Assembly (NCBI RefSeq): GCF_030028105.1 | Contig: NC_092382.1 | Coordinates: forward strand, 21,865,792-21,929,791 | DNA from: Mobula birostris | Lineage: Eukaryota | Length of the DNA stretch: 64,000 nt | Direction: 5' to 3' | In this document: positions 51,230 through 62,728 of the stretch, one piece after another | Position numbering within the stretch: the first letter of the stretch is position 1 | How the letters are laid out: every line of letters begins with the position of its first letter | Position numbers and translations under genes: made by a program | The notes under the pieces: generated by a model | Told to the model about the DNA's origin: nothing | Database searches by the model: none | What the model saw: the letters and a program-made list of their open reading frames with translations, nothing else

Positions 51230-52114
51230 CTAGGGAAAGAGTCACAAATTGTGAGTTACAAACAGGGCGAGGAGAAACGTTCTCGGAATCCAAAGTGAAA
51301 ATACTAATCCGACTGTGATCGGCAAAATTACCGGGTAAATATGTTCCAAGAGAGAATAAAAACTCCTCATTCAGTGAACTAAAACAGTTTGCATTCGAAC
51401 TGCGCATTTGCTCCTGGTAAAGTTGCTGGTGACGTGCTCTCGATGTCACCTTGGCGATGTAACCGAGAGGGGGCAGCACTGCTGCTCATTTGCCTTCACA
51501 ACCCAGAAAAATAGAGGAGATCACCATCTTCTCCCATACCTCCCTTGCGCCCTACTTTCCCTACCCGTGGGATCGTCATTTCAATGGCCCTTATCCTCGA
51601 AGCCCCATTCAGACACCAGCCGTAGGGAATGAGAGCCGTGACAGAGCTGAACACAGTGGCTGTAGGAGGATCGGCTGATGTGCAGCTGACAGATTCCACT
51701 CAACGGAACTCTCAGTATTATTGAGCCGGTACTGGCCCGGGGTAACTGGGGTCGTGCCCGCTGTCGGTCATCAGCCCCAGGGTGAAACCGATGCACTCGT
51801 TCCCTCCGTTTAGTCAATGAATGAGCGCAGGGCCCGGTGAACAGAATCGGACTTCACTGACTCGTTTAGTGTCGCTTGTACGCAATCTAGCTTAAACTCG
51901 AATAATTTCAGAAACGTCTATCAATGAATAAGTTCTTCCACTTGGATATATCCGCCATTTTTGATCACATTCGTTATCATCTTAAAGGTGCGATAGGGAG
52001 AAATTAATTCAAATCTCCAGGTGGGCACCCCATTCTTGTGCTAGCTATATTTACTATAATTCCCAACTGGTTCGGGTAAGACATCTAATGAAAGGTTTGA
52101 TCGGAAATGCACAA

Positions 52115-52150
52115 AGGGGGGAGGGAAGGAGAGGGAGAGAGTGAGTGAGC

Positions 52151-52200
<50 letters not shown>

Positions 52201-52275
52201 CAGAGAGACAGAACAAGAGAGATTGTGCGAGAGGGAGAGAGACAGAGATGAGAGAGAGTGACAGTGAGAGAGAAA
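52115..52275. repeat. (GA)n-rich microsatellite in the GPCR intron
   Basis: Direct inspection. Confidence 0.9.
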
Positions 52276-52669
52276 ATTCAGCTACGGTGGCAGTTGGTAC
52301 AATCCGCAACGCTCCCACAAATCGTCCTGTTGTACTGCTCCTTCACCAAAAGTTAGGTCACAAAATACATTTCAATCTGCAACAATCCCGGTATCAGATT
52401 TACGCTGACAGTGGTGAACAGCGGAGAGGACTGATCTCCCTGAATTTCAGCAGCATCGTCTACGATGAACTCTGGGGGTGGGATGGGGGGGTCGGGGTGA
52501 CAGTGAACTTGACCCTGCATCAGCGTGTGGAGCGGAGACGAACCGTTCAGCAGCGGTAGTCTGCCGTGTGTCCGCGCTGGGTCGGTTTCGCCGGGAAACA
52601 ACACCCAGTGAAATGACTGTTAATAGAAGTCCGTCGCTAACATTTCAGACAGAGGATGTGTCGACTTAC

Positions 52670-52739
52670 CCGGAACACCGAAAGCTGCGAGAATAGGGTA
52701 AAATACAATCGTCACATGCCGGATTGTTGGTAGAGCCAT
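52670..52739 (-). CDS. GPR139-like orphan GPCR, exon 1
   Basis: aaaATGG start context; MALPTIRHVTIVFYPILAAFGVP-G; GTAAGT donor, phase 1. Completes the TM1 motif GVPANLL. Confidence 0.9.
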
Positions 52740-52813
52740 TTTCGGGTGTTGTACAAAATGCACCGCACTGCTCGCACTGAGAGCCACTCGCCTGCGTTCT
52801 GACCTCGCTGCCC

Positions 52814-52820
52814 TTTTATA
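52814..52820 (-). promoter_or_regulatory. TATA box of the intact GPCR gene
   Basis: TATAAAA about 75 nt upstream of the ATG. Confidence 0.6.
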
Positions 52821-53649
52821 CATTAATCTATACCCCGGTGAAAAAAACACAGAGGCTGCACAATAACTCGAGTTAGTTACAGTCAGTTAACAAACAAGGC
52901 GCCGTTTCTCTCGGCACCGCGGGGAATACTTAAAGCTCAGTCCAGAACACCGTCTAGTAAAGTAGACAATCAGAAAGTTTTTAAAGCTGTTCCACGCACT
53001 CCGGATTGAAATGCCAGTCATGACCTATCACCTGCTTATATTAACACACACAAAACGCTGCGTTACACCAGCATTTTACGTATGTTGCTTGAATTTCCAG
53101 CATCTGCAGATTCTCTCGTATCTACTTCTATTGTTGCCTTCACATTCATTTTATCTGATATTAATTGTATGATATCTCGCTCCATAGCTCTCAAAGCAAA
53201 TGTTAGCTCTGAGCGATCTCACAATTTATCCTGAAACCAACCCCACATTATATGAACATTACAGCGGGCCTGCACAGTCTGCGTTATTTGCCCAATCTAA
53301 TTGTAGACCACACGGATTCCATCACCTTACTCCAAATTTGTCCATACTTCTTCAGTCACAGTGAACTCAGCAGCCCGTTGTGCGGGCATGATTGATAAGG
53401 GCAACACGAAATGTATTTAAGTAGTCCCTGCTTTTTGACATTGAAGGTTAAAAATCTCTATAATAACATCTGTGACAAATATTCCCGATACCGAATGTGC
53501 ATCGGCTTTTCCGGCTCCGAATAAGGTCTCAGTAAATGGCGGCGCATATTATGGATCACCACTGGCTCCTCATTTCCATCATCAGCATCGCAACCAGCAT
53601 CACGTTTACTGTCTCCAGTAAATGCCGTGAAATGTGTGTACAGTGCAAT

Positions 53650-56600
53650 ACGTCCAAAAGCACCGAAATAAACAATAAATAAATAAACAAGAGAGGCAGG
53701 GCTAAAAGAATGCAAACAGTGACGTAGTATTGTTTAATTTAGAAAAGTTTAGAAATAATTTAGAAAGCCGATGCTTGAAGAGAATAAGCTCAACTAAGAT
53801 ATGCGAGGCTTAGCGAGTATTTTGGTGATACTGACGACAACTCCCTGAACTTTTACATAGCCATGGACAAGGATATGAGCGGAAAGTATCGGGACGTGTT
53901 TAATTTGGGGAGTACCCATCATGACGCTATGAGGCAGGAACCTGGGGATGTAAACCAGGAACGGATGTGTTCAGGGAAATGCCCAACAGAAATGTGCAGG
54001 TTGTTCCGGGTGCCCTTGCTTGGCGTTCTGGGTAGGTTTGTCCCGCTGAGGTGGGGAAAGGACGCTAACTCGAAGGGGTCACGGCTGTGACGAGATGTGG
54101 AGCATCCATTCCCGAGGAAGAAAGAAGCATGCTTAAGGCTTAAGAAGCAGAGATCATCAGAGAGGGTTCTGGAGAGTTACGAGGTCGCCAAGAAGGAGCC
54201 AAACTGTGGACATAAGTGTTAGGAGTGTGCATTGGCGAGGAGGAGAACAGGAGGATGAGAGGGTAGAAGCGATGAAGGATACAAGAGGAACGAAACATGC
54301 GCCTGGAGTCGGGGGCGGTAGTGGATGTCGGTAATGAACGCTTTGCTTCAGTATTCACCAGTGCAGAGCTTCCTGACAGATCAGATGCCGCGGACCAGCA
54401 CTATTCAGCCAGGACTCCGCAGACCACAGAGTAGGAATCCCAGAGGGAACTTGATGAATGTGGGGGCAGCGTGAACAGCCTGATATGCTGGAATATGTCA
54501 AGGTTTCGAAGGAAGATGCATTGGAGAATTTGAAGAGCATGAGGATAGATAAGACCCTGAGACCGAAAGGAATATCGCACATGATACTAATGGATGCGTG
54601 GGAAGAGATTTCCTCGGCTTTGGTGATGACATGTGCGTCCTCAGTGGCCACAGGAATAGGTGCGAAGCATCAGACGGTGGGAGGTTCTGACAAATATCAT
54701 TATTGTGTTCAAGAAAGGTACCTGGATTAACCCTGGGAATGATAGACCAATTACTCTTACTTCAGAGACGGGCAAATTTGGGGGGAATTTCTGGAGATGA
54801 CGTTCAGGAGCTCCACAAGTCTCGGCACATCAGCCTGTAATTGGAACTCAGACCTCCTCAGTCATCGTACCCGAACGGTGAAACTAAGCAAGTGCACATC
54901 AAACCCCCAAAACTCCAGCACAGGCGCCCCGCAGTGGCGTGTACAGAGACACGTCTCTACTCTCTCTTTTCGCCCATGACTGCACTCCCGCTCCTGCTAC
55001 AAACTCAGTCATCATAGTGGCAGAGGACACAACAGTGACTGGCCTCATCACAAACACTGATGAATCTGCATATAGAGAGGATGAACCTCAATATTCGACC
55101 AGCACTAAGAAGACAATAGAAATGGTAATCGACTTCAAAATTACAAGAAGTGTCGAAAGCCCCCTATCCCTGCATGGTGAAGTAATGGGGAGCGTTCAGA
55201 GGTTCAAGTTTTTGGGGATGAATATCACCGAGGAGTTCTCTCGGCCCATCAGCAAAACCTCGTCAGCAACGAAAGCACAACAGTGACTATACTATATGAG
55301 GTGATTAGGGAGAGCTGATCTGTCTCAGAAATAGCTGGTCAACATTTTAAGTGCGGTAGAGAGCAGACTGACACACGGAATGGCAGTGCTGTGCTCCAGA
55401 TGCAGCGAGACAGATTGCAAACCACTCAAAGGGTTGATTAGGACGGCTCCGATCATCACCGGGTCTCAACTACCGGACTGGGAGACAATCTAACTCCGGA
55501 TGCTCACGGCAACAGTAAAAACCCATCCGATCCCTGACACTGTCTGGTTAATTTCCTGCCACCTGGTAGGAGATAGGGAAACCTCTTCGCCATGCTATTA
55601 GACGGAAATATCTTCATCCGAGGGCCGTTGTTGTGCTGAATAATGCAACACCCTGCCTTGCCAATGGCCTTTGAGTGCCACTGAAATCATTTGTTTCTGT
55701 AAATACAGTTTTTTTTCTTGTTTGAATGAATCCGGACCGCACGCATTGCAAATATCTGTTTTGTGCGGTCTGGAGCAGCGCCGCCATTTTGTTGTCTTCA
55801 GCCATGACAATACAGTTCCATTGTATTCTATTGATTTGCCGAAGCACAGTCTGATTAGGGATAGTCGACAGGACTTTCAGAAGAGCAGAACATGTCTCAC
55901 GAAGATGATTGAATACCGTGAGGAATGGGCGAGACATATTGTTTAAAACCGAGGATTGGAGGTTGTGGATATGGATTTTAGTATGGTATGTTCGCCGAAC
56001 GATAAGCTCATTCAGGAAGGTGGGAGGCACCAGTTCCAGGGAAAATTGCCCGTGTGGATTCAGAATTGGTTTGGCCGCAAAAGGCAGAGGCTGCGGTGGT
56101 CTTCATTAGACGGGGGAATGAGGGTAAGAGCCGTGAAATAATTTTGTAGCCTTAGAAAACCCTGCTGAATCCGCACTTCCTGTCTTCTGTTCCGTTCCGG
56201 TGGTCACATTATAGGAAGGATGTCGAATCGTTAGAGATGGAGCAGAGGAGTTTCACTGCGATGACACCAGGATTATGAAGAGTGGTTGACAGAGCTAGGG
56301 TTTTGCTTTAGGAGGACAGAAAATGAGCTGTGATGTTGGGAAGGTGTACACAATGATAAGAGACAGCGGTCGATTGTACAGCAAGAGATACTGTATGTTT
56401 CCCAGGCGGAAATGGCGAATACATGGAAGTATTGTGGTGATGGCGGAAGCATTTCTTTTACACACTGAGGGGTGTGTACGTGTGACGCTTGTAATCAGCG
56501 GCGTGGCGTCATTTCCGTTATGGACATTCCACAGACTCTCAGATAGGCGGGTGGATGAATGGGAAAGATGAGGGCGATGTAGTCGGAAAGGGTCAGATTG

Positions 56601-56930
56601 ATCTTGGAATGGACTAAAACATGGGCACAACCGAGTGCCTACGATGCCATATTGCTGTATGCACTGTACGATCATGTGTTAGTGAAACGTTCAGGGTGTG
56701 TCTTGTGACCAGGTACCTCCTTACTGATGTCAGCAATGCAAAGTGTTCTGGATCTTCAGGGTCCTCAATGGTGGACGCCGTCTTCTTCAGACATTGCTTT
56801 TTGAATATGGCGGGGAACCTGATGCCTTTGCTGGAGCTGACTGACTTTACAACGCGTTGTGGCTTTTTCCGATCTTCTGCGTTAGCGCCTCCACACCTGA
56901 CCGGATGCAATAGCCCGCACACTGTCCGGG
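53650..56930. mobile_element. Mosaic of old CR1 and Rex/Babar LINE fragments
   Basis: LENLKSMRIDK..PKGI (CR1); HDC.....NSVII.AEDTTVTGLITNTDESAYRE (Rex-type RT, 54939-55286); WIQNWF (CR1); DRKKPQRVVK (Rex, minus strand). Confidence 0.65.
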
Positions 56931-57829
56931 GTACATCACTAATCTTCTCAAACCTTTCCGTAATTGCATCAATTCTTCATCTCCAACTCATCACCTACAG
57001 AGCTGTGGACACACGGGAAATTGAAGCTCCTCGGCCTTTCCTCTGCTGACCCGTCGATGAAGACGTACCTGTTCACAGTTCAAAATTCAAAGTGCATTTA
57101 TTTTCAAGGTAGACTTTTTCAACATTTAGATTCGGCTCCTTACTAATAACCACGAAACAAAGAAAACCAATAGGACCGGTTAAGAAAGAAAATCGTCAAA
57201 CACCCGACGCGCAGAGAATAAAATACAAAAAGACCAAATCTGCAAACGATAAACTTCACCAAATAACATTCAGAACTGAAGTTCGGAAAATTGAGTCCCC
57301 CCACGGTTAGGAAGCCAGGTATTGCAACAACCGATTCGAGAACGTATCCCTGCCTCTGTGGGACGTAGCGCCGAGAAAACGTCGCGGAGCACCGAGCCGA
57401 AGCGTCCCGTCCATCGTTCAATCTGCTCCGTCGTTGAAAACGTTTGAACATCGCGTCGTTCCTCGCTTTCGGACCCGGGCCGTGCTGTTTCGTTATTCCC
57501 TCGGGCCTGGCCTCACCGCCTCGATTCTGCTCGTTCCAATCTTTCCAATTCGGCCCCACTTTAAAATCGATCAAATCTCGGATCTGTCCTCGCTGTCGGG
57601 CACGGGGCCGGTCTCTGCCTCGCCTCCGCTCGCCTCTGTTCCGCCACATCGAATCGCCTCTATGTCGGCGCCGGCAATTGGCTCGTTCTCGGATCTCCGA
57701 CCCGGACCCCGACGGCTGGATTCGGCTTTCAAGGCAGCACTGTCCAGCGCTTTCGAGCTTTCAGATCACACCGCATTTATGGAATGGTGACATACATCAA
57801 CAGTGAATTTCAACACCTCTTTTTTTGCA

Positions 57830-58986
57830 TTGGATTTGATGAGTGTCCTACTGTCAACACTCGGGGAAAGTGGACTTGGTCACCATTGACCAGAACGTAG
57901 CTTGGTCAGACACGTCATGATCAATAAGAAGAGATCAGATGCTGTGGAACGTTTTGATTTGGATGGAGGCCGAGATCGGCAAACTCTGGTCAAGTGTCCT
58001 TTCTTTCGGCAAGTAAAGCGGAATGAGTCTCGGTGTCAACAGTCTGTAGGCTTCCGGTGAAATTCAGCGCAAAGGTAACATCGGAAACCCCGGAGTATAA
58101 TTCTTTTGATTCTTAGCTGGGGACACTTTGTTAGCGTCAGTACAATCTGCGGCAGTTGTAGGTGATGGAGACGTCACCGCTCTTTGTACGTGGGACTCTT
58201 GCGACAAAACTGCATTTTTATCTGCCGTTTGCATGCCATTTGCGATATCAAAAGCTGACTGAAGTGAGAGCTCCGATTCTGCCGATAAGCGACGCTGAAT
58301 GCGAACATCACGCCGACGACTGAGCGATCTCGTATCGTTACTTCTCGAACATCAACGTAAACACAAAGTTCAGTCAGTTTTCTTCATTCAGCAACAAACG
58401 TTGCTGTTGGTTCGTTTTCTAACTGAAAACGAGAGCTGAATCTAACGCGCTGCACAATATAGGATTGTACAATATAGGACAGTTTAGGATTGTAATGAGA
58501 TCAAATCTCAGAAGTCCCACATACGATTTCGAAGAGAGCAAATCGGGATTCATCAAACCTCGGACGATATTGTGTGTTTCCGGACCGCAACAACCAAGCA
58601 AGATACTATCCTTTTGATTGGGCTCAGTGATGTTGTTTGCCGCGAATAACTTGCCAAACATTTCAATGTAAATCTTCCCGTGGTCTGTGAATCATAATAT
58701 TCCTGAGCTTGTCCAATGATGGTCATTGTTCAAATGTGAACATCGATTCCAAAAGAGCGAGTGTCACACATCCCATCCCCGTCACCACTGTTTTACTAAG
58801 AACGTTAATCGTGTCCATTGCAGCTGAACAGGTCTGCTTGACTCGTAATCACGCAGAAAAAAAACATGTTCACACGCACAGAATTTGCAGGTCAAACGCG
58901 AATCGATAGATGGAGAAACCGGCGACATCGACAGATCCCGTGATGTCAGATGACAGACTAATAACGCCCACACAGTGGATAGGACA
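57830..58986 (-). mobile_element. Gypsy LTR retrotransposon 5' remnant (LTR, tRNA-Ser-type PBS, decayed gag/protease)
   Basis: LTR end ...AAAACA at 58789; PBS TGGTGACGGGGATGGGAT at 58770-58787; gag MTIIGQ.../YIEMFGKLFAANNITE...ILLGCCGPETHNIVRGLMNP....KSY. Outer boundaries approximate. Confidence 0.75.
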
Positions 58987-58994
58987 CTCCACTC

Positions 58995-59265
58995 TCACCT
59001 CTATCTCTTCCTCCCTTTTAACCCCATTCTCCCTCTGCCTCCCCATCCCTCTTCCTCTACCGCTGTCTCAGCATTCTCTCCCACCCTTCTCACCCTCTCT
59101 CTCCCTTCTCTCTCACCTTCCATCTCGCCACCCATCTACTGTATCTCTCGATCTCTCGCTATCCCCCCGTCTCTGCCTCTCGGTCTATCCCTCTCTCTAC
59201 TCTACCGGCCGAGTTCCTCCCAACATCTCCTTCTCCAACCTTTCCCCGCTCCCCTCTCTCTCTCA
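58995..59265. repeat. CT-rich low-complexity tract
   Basis: Direct inspection. Confidence 0.85.
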
Positions 59266-59900
59266 GCGTGAGTGTGGTCACGGTGACTTTGCTGGTAAGC
59301 TGTTTCGTGTCGCTGATGGTGTCCCGGGTTCTTGCAAATGGGGATTTCAGCAACCCCTCCAGTTTCCAGCGTCGCAGTCCCGTTGGAAATGAACGGAAAG
59401 AGATCTCATTGAGAGTGCAAATGGTGGGAGTGGGTGGGAAGGGATGGAGTCCACGGGGGGTGCGGATGATGGTAGTGAATGAGAAGGGGTGCGATCCCAA
59501 TGGGAGTTCAAGTTCGGACAATCCTGCCGCTCCCCTCTCACCCTCCCTGTGATGACAGGTTGCAGCTGGTCACCACACCGTGGGAGAAGAGATTTCCCTT
59601 GAATTTCATGGAATCATAGAAATCTACAGCACGTTACAGGCCCTTCGGCCCGCAGTGTTGTGCCGACCATGTTACCTACTCCAGAAACTGCCACGAATTA
59701 CCCTCCCGCATCGCCCTCTATTTTTCTAGGCTCCATGTACTATCTAACATCTATGTAATATCTAAGAGTCTCTGAAAAGACCCTATTGTATCCGCCTCTA
59801 CCACTGTCGCTGGCAGTGCATTCCACACACACACCACTTAGCTCTGACATCTGCTCTGCACCTACTTCCAAACAAGTTAAAACTCTGCCCCCTCGTGTTC

Positions 59901-60537
59901 TGCCGGTTCGGCGGGAGGGGCGAGTGCAGGTTCCGCGCGTGCAGTCCTTCGGTGAAAAACGATATCGTATCCGTTAAATAGGGGCCGTGGACAATTCTGA
60001 TTTGATGGAGAGGGGCGTGAAAGTACAGAGGAACATCTGGACAAATTTCTGAAACGCCCGTTCGCTGCTGTCGTTACTGCGCGATCGTGAATCTTCCAGA
60101 GGGAAGGCCTCAAAATCCACGGCTGTGCCTGCTGTTGGCGACCGAGATTGAAGTCAAATCGCTCGGATAGACATGACACTCAGTACTCGGTGTCGGAAAG
60201 CTGATCGGAGGCTCGAAGTTTTCGGACGACTCGGAGTCGGACTGTGGTTGGCATGGCAGGGAGAGTTTTTTCTTCTTTCTCCCGTCTGCGTGAGATGTGG
60301 GACATTTGAGAGACTTTGAACTTTTTACTGTGCTCATGGACTTCTTCATCAAGTTATGGTATTGTTGCACTGTTGTAACTATATGTTATAATTATGTGAT
60401 TTTGTTAGATTTTTCAGTCTTGTTCTGTCCTGTGTTTTGTGATATCACACTGGAGGAAATATTGTATCATTTCTTAATGCATGCATTACTAAATGACAAT
60501 AAGAGAGGACTGTGTGTCTTCATAATCTAAATCTAAA
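59901..60537 (+). mobile_element. Retroelement 3' end inserted only in duplication copy B
   Basis: Absent at the homologous site near 24580-24590; ends in an aatctaaatctaa tail. Confidence 0.6.
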
Positions 60538-61532
60538 GCCCTAGGAACAAGCCTGTAGCTATCCACACGACCAATGTCTCTCATCATCCTGTACACCTGC
60601 ATGAATTTCCTGCATGTTTCTCTCCAGGCTGAATAAGACGATAAGCTCACTGTGCTTTTGACGTCCTTCAGGGCTCTGGATGAAGTTGGTTAAACTCCTT
60701 CCTCCCCGCTCTTTTCAACGTCTTGTATCATTTTCACTCATTTCAAAGGACTGTGTCTCAGACAGCTGGGTTGTTGCAATGCACCTCTAAAGTCTGACAG
60801 CAGACTAGTGAGTGAATCATCGATGGAGTAGAGTCAGAAATCAGCCTGAATCAGGGCTTTGGGGCTCCTGAAAGAGATGGGACCTAGAGTTTACCAGGAG
60901 GAGCAGGAAGAGGAATCAGACTGGTAGGATGTGGCTGCAAATGAAAGATCAGAAACATTTTCAAACAGTTTGAAAAAAAAAGGTGGTTAATTTCTGCAGA
61001 ATACTGGAGGAAATCAACAGATCTGGCTGCAAATGCGGAGAGGAATAAATAGACAATATTTATGCTGAGCCCCTTCAGCATGTCTAGACTGTGTACTCCT
61101 CTGCTTTGTAGCTGCCTGAACTGCGGAGTTCCTCCAGCATTTTGTGTGCGCGTCTCTGTACCGTATTTCCTGCAACTGCAGAATCTCTTGTGTTTTATAT
61201 CTACACTTGTAAAAGGATTGTACTTTGGCATTAGATACACGTTGATATTGAGTATACTGTTTATGGGAAACGCTTTCTGCGCTAAAACAGCTGCTGAATT
61301 TTCTATGCACACACACACAAAAACTGAGCTACGAACATGGAACTGGTGCTTGCAGAAACTTTTAATGGCACCGTGATTACCCATAAATCCCTGCGTTACA
61401 AATATCGCCGTCGCCGAAGCACCGATCAAATGCACAGGCGTCAGCGTTGTGACGTTCCCGAATATCACGCATGCGCGCAGTGCACAAAGGCCTCAGAAGA
61501 GCAGCGGCAGGTAAGAGCGACTCTCCGGGGGT

Positions 61533-62190
61533 AGGGGAGAAGGGAGAGAGGGTGAGGGGGGGGAGAAGGGAGAGAGGGTGAGGGGGGGAGAAGGGAGAGA
61601 GGGTGAGGGGGGGAGAAGGGAGAGAGGGTGAGGGGGGGGAGAAGGGAGAGAGGGTGAGGGGGGGAGAGAAGGGAGAGAGGGTGGGGGGGCGGAGAAGGGA
61701 GAGAGGGTGGGGGGGAGAAGGGAGAGAGGGTGAGGGGGGAGAAGGGAGAGAGGGTGAGGGGGGGGAGAAGGGAGAGAGGGTGAGGGGGGGGAGAAGGGAG
61801 AGAGGGTGAGGGGGGGGAGAAGGGAGAGAGGGTGAGGGGGGAGAAGGGAGAGAGGGTGAGGGGGGGGAGAAGGGAGAGAGGGTGAGGGGGGGAGAAGGGA
61901 GAGAGGGTGAGGGGGGAGAAGGGAGAGAGGGTGAGGGGGGGAGAAGGGAGAGAGGGTGAGGGGGGGAGAAGGGAGAGAGGGTGAGGGGGGGGAGAAGGGA
62001 GAGAGGGTGAGGGGTGGAGAGAGGGTGAGGGGTGGAGAGAGGGTGAGGGGGGGAGAAGGGAGAGAGGGTGAGGGGGGGGAGAAGGGAGAGAGGGTGAGGG
62101 GGGGAGAAGGGAGAGAGGGTGAGGGGGGGAGAAGGGAGAGAGGGTGAGGGGGGGAAGAAGGGAGAGAGGGTGAGGGGGGCAGGGGGAGGG
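61533..62190 (+). repeat. G-rich minisatellite, unit ~GAGAAGGGAGAGAGGGTGA(G)6-8, roughly 25 copies
   Basis: Direct inspection. Almost pure purine on the + strand. Confidence 0.95.
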
Positions 62191-62549
62191 GGGGTTGGGG
62201 GGTGTTTCAACACTGACTTCGGGACAATTACTGTGACTCCAGACACCGTGAGCCGCAATCCCGGGACAGTCCTGCTCTCTTCCCTCTCTCTCAGCCCCAC
62301 GATCCGTACACGGGCCCCGGGGAGCTTCCGGCTGATGAGGGAATGGGAACCGATGGATCTCTCAGACAAAGCTGAGCTCCAACTGTCTAAATGCAAGGAT
62401 CGGGAACCCGGAGAAAGGGAACAAAATCTTTTACATCAGCTGTTGAGAAAATCACCTTTGTTCTGCCTCCAATCACAAACAAGAGAAAATCTTCAGAGAG
62501 GGCACAGTTTTAAGGTGCTTGTTAGTAGGTACGAGGGAGATATCAGGGG

Positions 62550-62728
62550 TGTTGTGTTCTTTATACGTACCGTGGGTTACTAATAACAAACCATATTCTG
62601 GCAGAATTGAACTTTTATTTAACAGCAACAAAACCACGGTTTACACTGCCATGCTTCTCGATCAGTCTTCATTTCTGCGCATGCTGGGAACTCTGTCCAG
62701 TCACGTCCTGACACGTGATATCACCTCA
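62550..62728. mobile_element. Short solo LTR (179 bp) with 5-bp TSD AGGGG
   Basis: TG...CA termini; AGGGG at 62545-62549 and 62729-62733. Interrupts a CR1 3' sequence that is contiguous elsewhere (e.g. 34360-34390). Confidence 0.8.

Larger units (their letters stand above)
59525..62492 (+). repeat. Segmental duplication copy B: upstream region, promoter and first exon of a second ZNF paralogue (coding exon not in window)
   Basis: Colinear with 24236-25780. Motif ACGCATGCGCG at 61467 and CAG|GTAAG at 61511. 62975-63300 additionally matches 34094-34418. Confidence 0.85.

Noticed and set aside
51230-51479. N-terminal ~83 aa of the 386-aa GPCR ORF in the track
   Set aside because: Intronic read-through. 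A proper acceptor at 51230 and a matching exon 1 at 52670-52739 give the real N-terminus. The same applies to 17864-17984.
61377-62396. 339-aa Pro/Ser/Leu-rich ORF on the minus strand
   Set aside because: Translation of the G-rich minisatellite, whose pyrimidine strand cannot form stop codons.
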